Below the pieces are notes generated by a model, which saw only the letters and a list, made by a program, of their open reading frames with translations, had not been told where the DNA came from and made no database searches. Shown here piece after piece: positions 63,254-64,000 of a stretch of DNA of 64,000 nucleotides. Within the stretch, counting starts at the first letter, position 1. Every line of letters begins with the position of its first letter. The stretch is from Escherichia phage naswa. Where the stretch lies: the sequence record MN850595.1. One strand, given 5' to 3'. A program made the translations under genes and the position numbers.

Positions 63254-64000
63254 ACCTAGTCTCCAAAATGTATTGTAGTTCTTTCTTACCTATACTCTTC
63301 ATTCCGGCAGTCTTACCTGCTTCTTCTTGAAAAGAAGAATAGCATTCAGCAAACACTCTGTCAACACCGTCAACTAAAGATTTTATGAAATATGTTGATT
63401 CTTCAGATTTTGGGTCATCCTCCCCCAATACTTTTCCAGCATTATACCCAACACGTCTTACACAGAAGTCGTAGTCATCTGGAGTGCTAAAAGAAAATAA
63501 CTTATTCTCCCCAATCTCTACAGGATCCCTGTTGCACGCCTTTTTCTCCCAAATTTGGAAAACACACGGCACGTCATAAGGTTTGCCATTAAGTAGAAAC
63601 GAGTTCTTAGGGCACCTTTCACTGTAGACAAGGTGCATAGACATGTCCAGTTTGTTTGCAAAAAATATTTTTTCAAATGTCCGTGGCAAGATGAAGGCTA
63701 TAGCCCCTCCAAGCTCTAGCAATGATGCACAATGGTTAAAGAATTTGCAAGCTAAAGATGAATTCTTGCCAAATGGTGGGTTACCTATGAAGACATCTGC
63801 CTTGGGATGCACCTCCAAGAAGTTTGCCTGAATGCACGGTGTTGGTCCTTCAAATTCAGGATCTGGTACCAGATCGTAAGACAATATCTCTGAAAATAGT
63901 TTTGAAAAAGAACCCCTTCCAGCAGAAGGCTCAACGTATGCACAATTTCCATACTTATCTTTTACTTTACCAACAAGATATTCTGCATACTCAGGGTTTG
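63216..64000 (-). CDS. DNA N6-adenine methyltransferase (gamma-class), 5' end beyond window
   Basis: Open frame continues without stop to window edge; motif I EPSAGRGSF lies upstream of track start and precedes motif IV NPPF. Confidence 0.6.
   Translation of the reverse strand, partial: NPEYAEYLVGKVKDKYGNCAYVEPSAGRGSFSKLFSEILSYDLVPDPEFEGPTPCIQANFLEVHPKADVFIGNPPFGKNSSLACKFFNHCASLLELGGAIAFILPRTFEKIFFANKLDMSMHLVYSERCPKNSFLLNGKPYDVPCVFQIWEKKACNRDPVEIGENKLFSFSTPDDYDFCVRRVGYNAGKVLGEDDPKSEESTYFIKSLVDGVDRVFAECYSSFQEEAGKTAGMKSIGKKELQYILETRYDQKHRLDQRTY

Noticed and set aside
1-64000. tRNA, rRNA and CRISPR features
   Set aside because: No T-arm-like GTTCGAATCC motifs in non-coding stretches and no repeat-spacer arrays; the 16-bp iterons at 34693-34788 are contiguous without unique spacers.

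Overview
This window reads as part of a large virulent dsDNA bacteriophage genome, with no rRNA, tRNA or CRISPR features seen. It has two convergent transcription blocks separated by a 2.5 kb repeat-rich non-coding region (about 33.8-36.3 kb). The plus-strand block (0.2-33.8 kb) carries a secreted SleB-like hydrolase, rIIA and rIIB, a Dda-like helicase, two DNA methyltransferases, a TOPRIM/DnaB-type primase-helicase, a family A DNA polymerase, an SSB-like protein, a TARG1-type macrodomain protein, and then about 30 small genes each with its own sigma70-like promoter (22.9-33.8 kb). The minus-strand block (36.3-64 kb) carries a nucleotide-metabolism module (nrdA, nrdB, glutaredoxin, nrdD, nrdG, ThyX-like, dNMP kinase-like, HAD nucleotidase-like, PhoH), a ClpP-like protease, two more methyltransferases, a ribosome hibernation factor (HPF) homolog, and a dense operon of small ORFs containing two paralogous families. 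The strongest candidates for something undescribed are the early small-gene array, the paralog array around HPF, and the iteron/palindrome core of the non-coding region. All calls come from reading motifs and signals by eye; no database search was run and derived coordinates may be off by a few bases.
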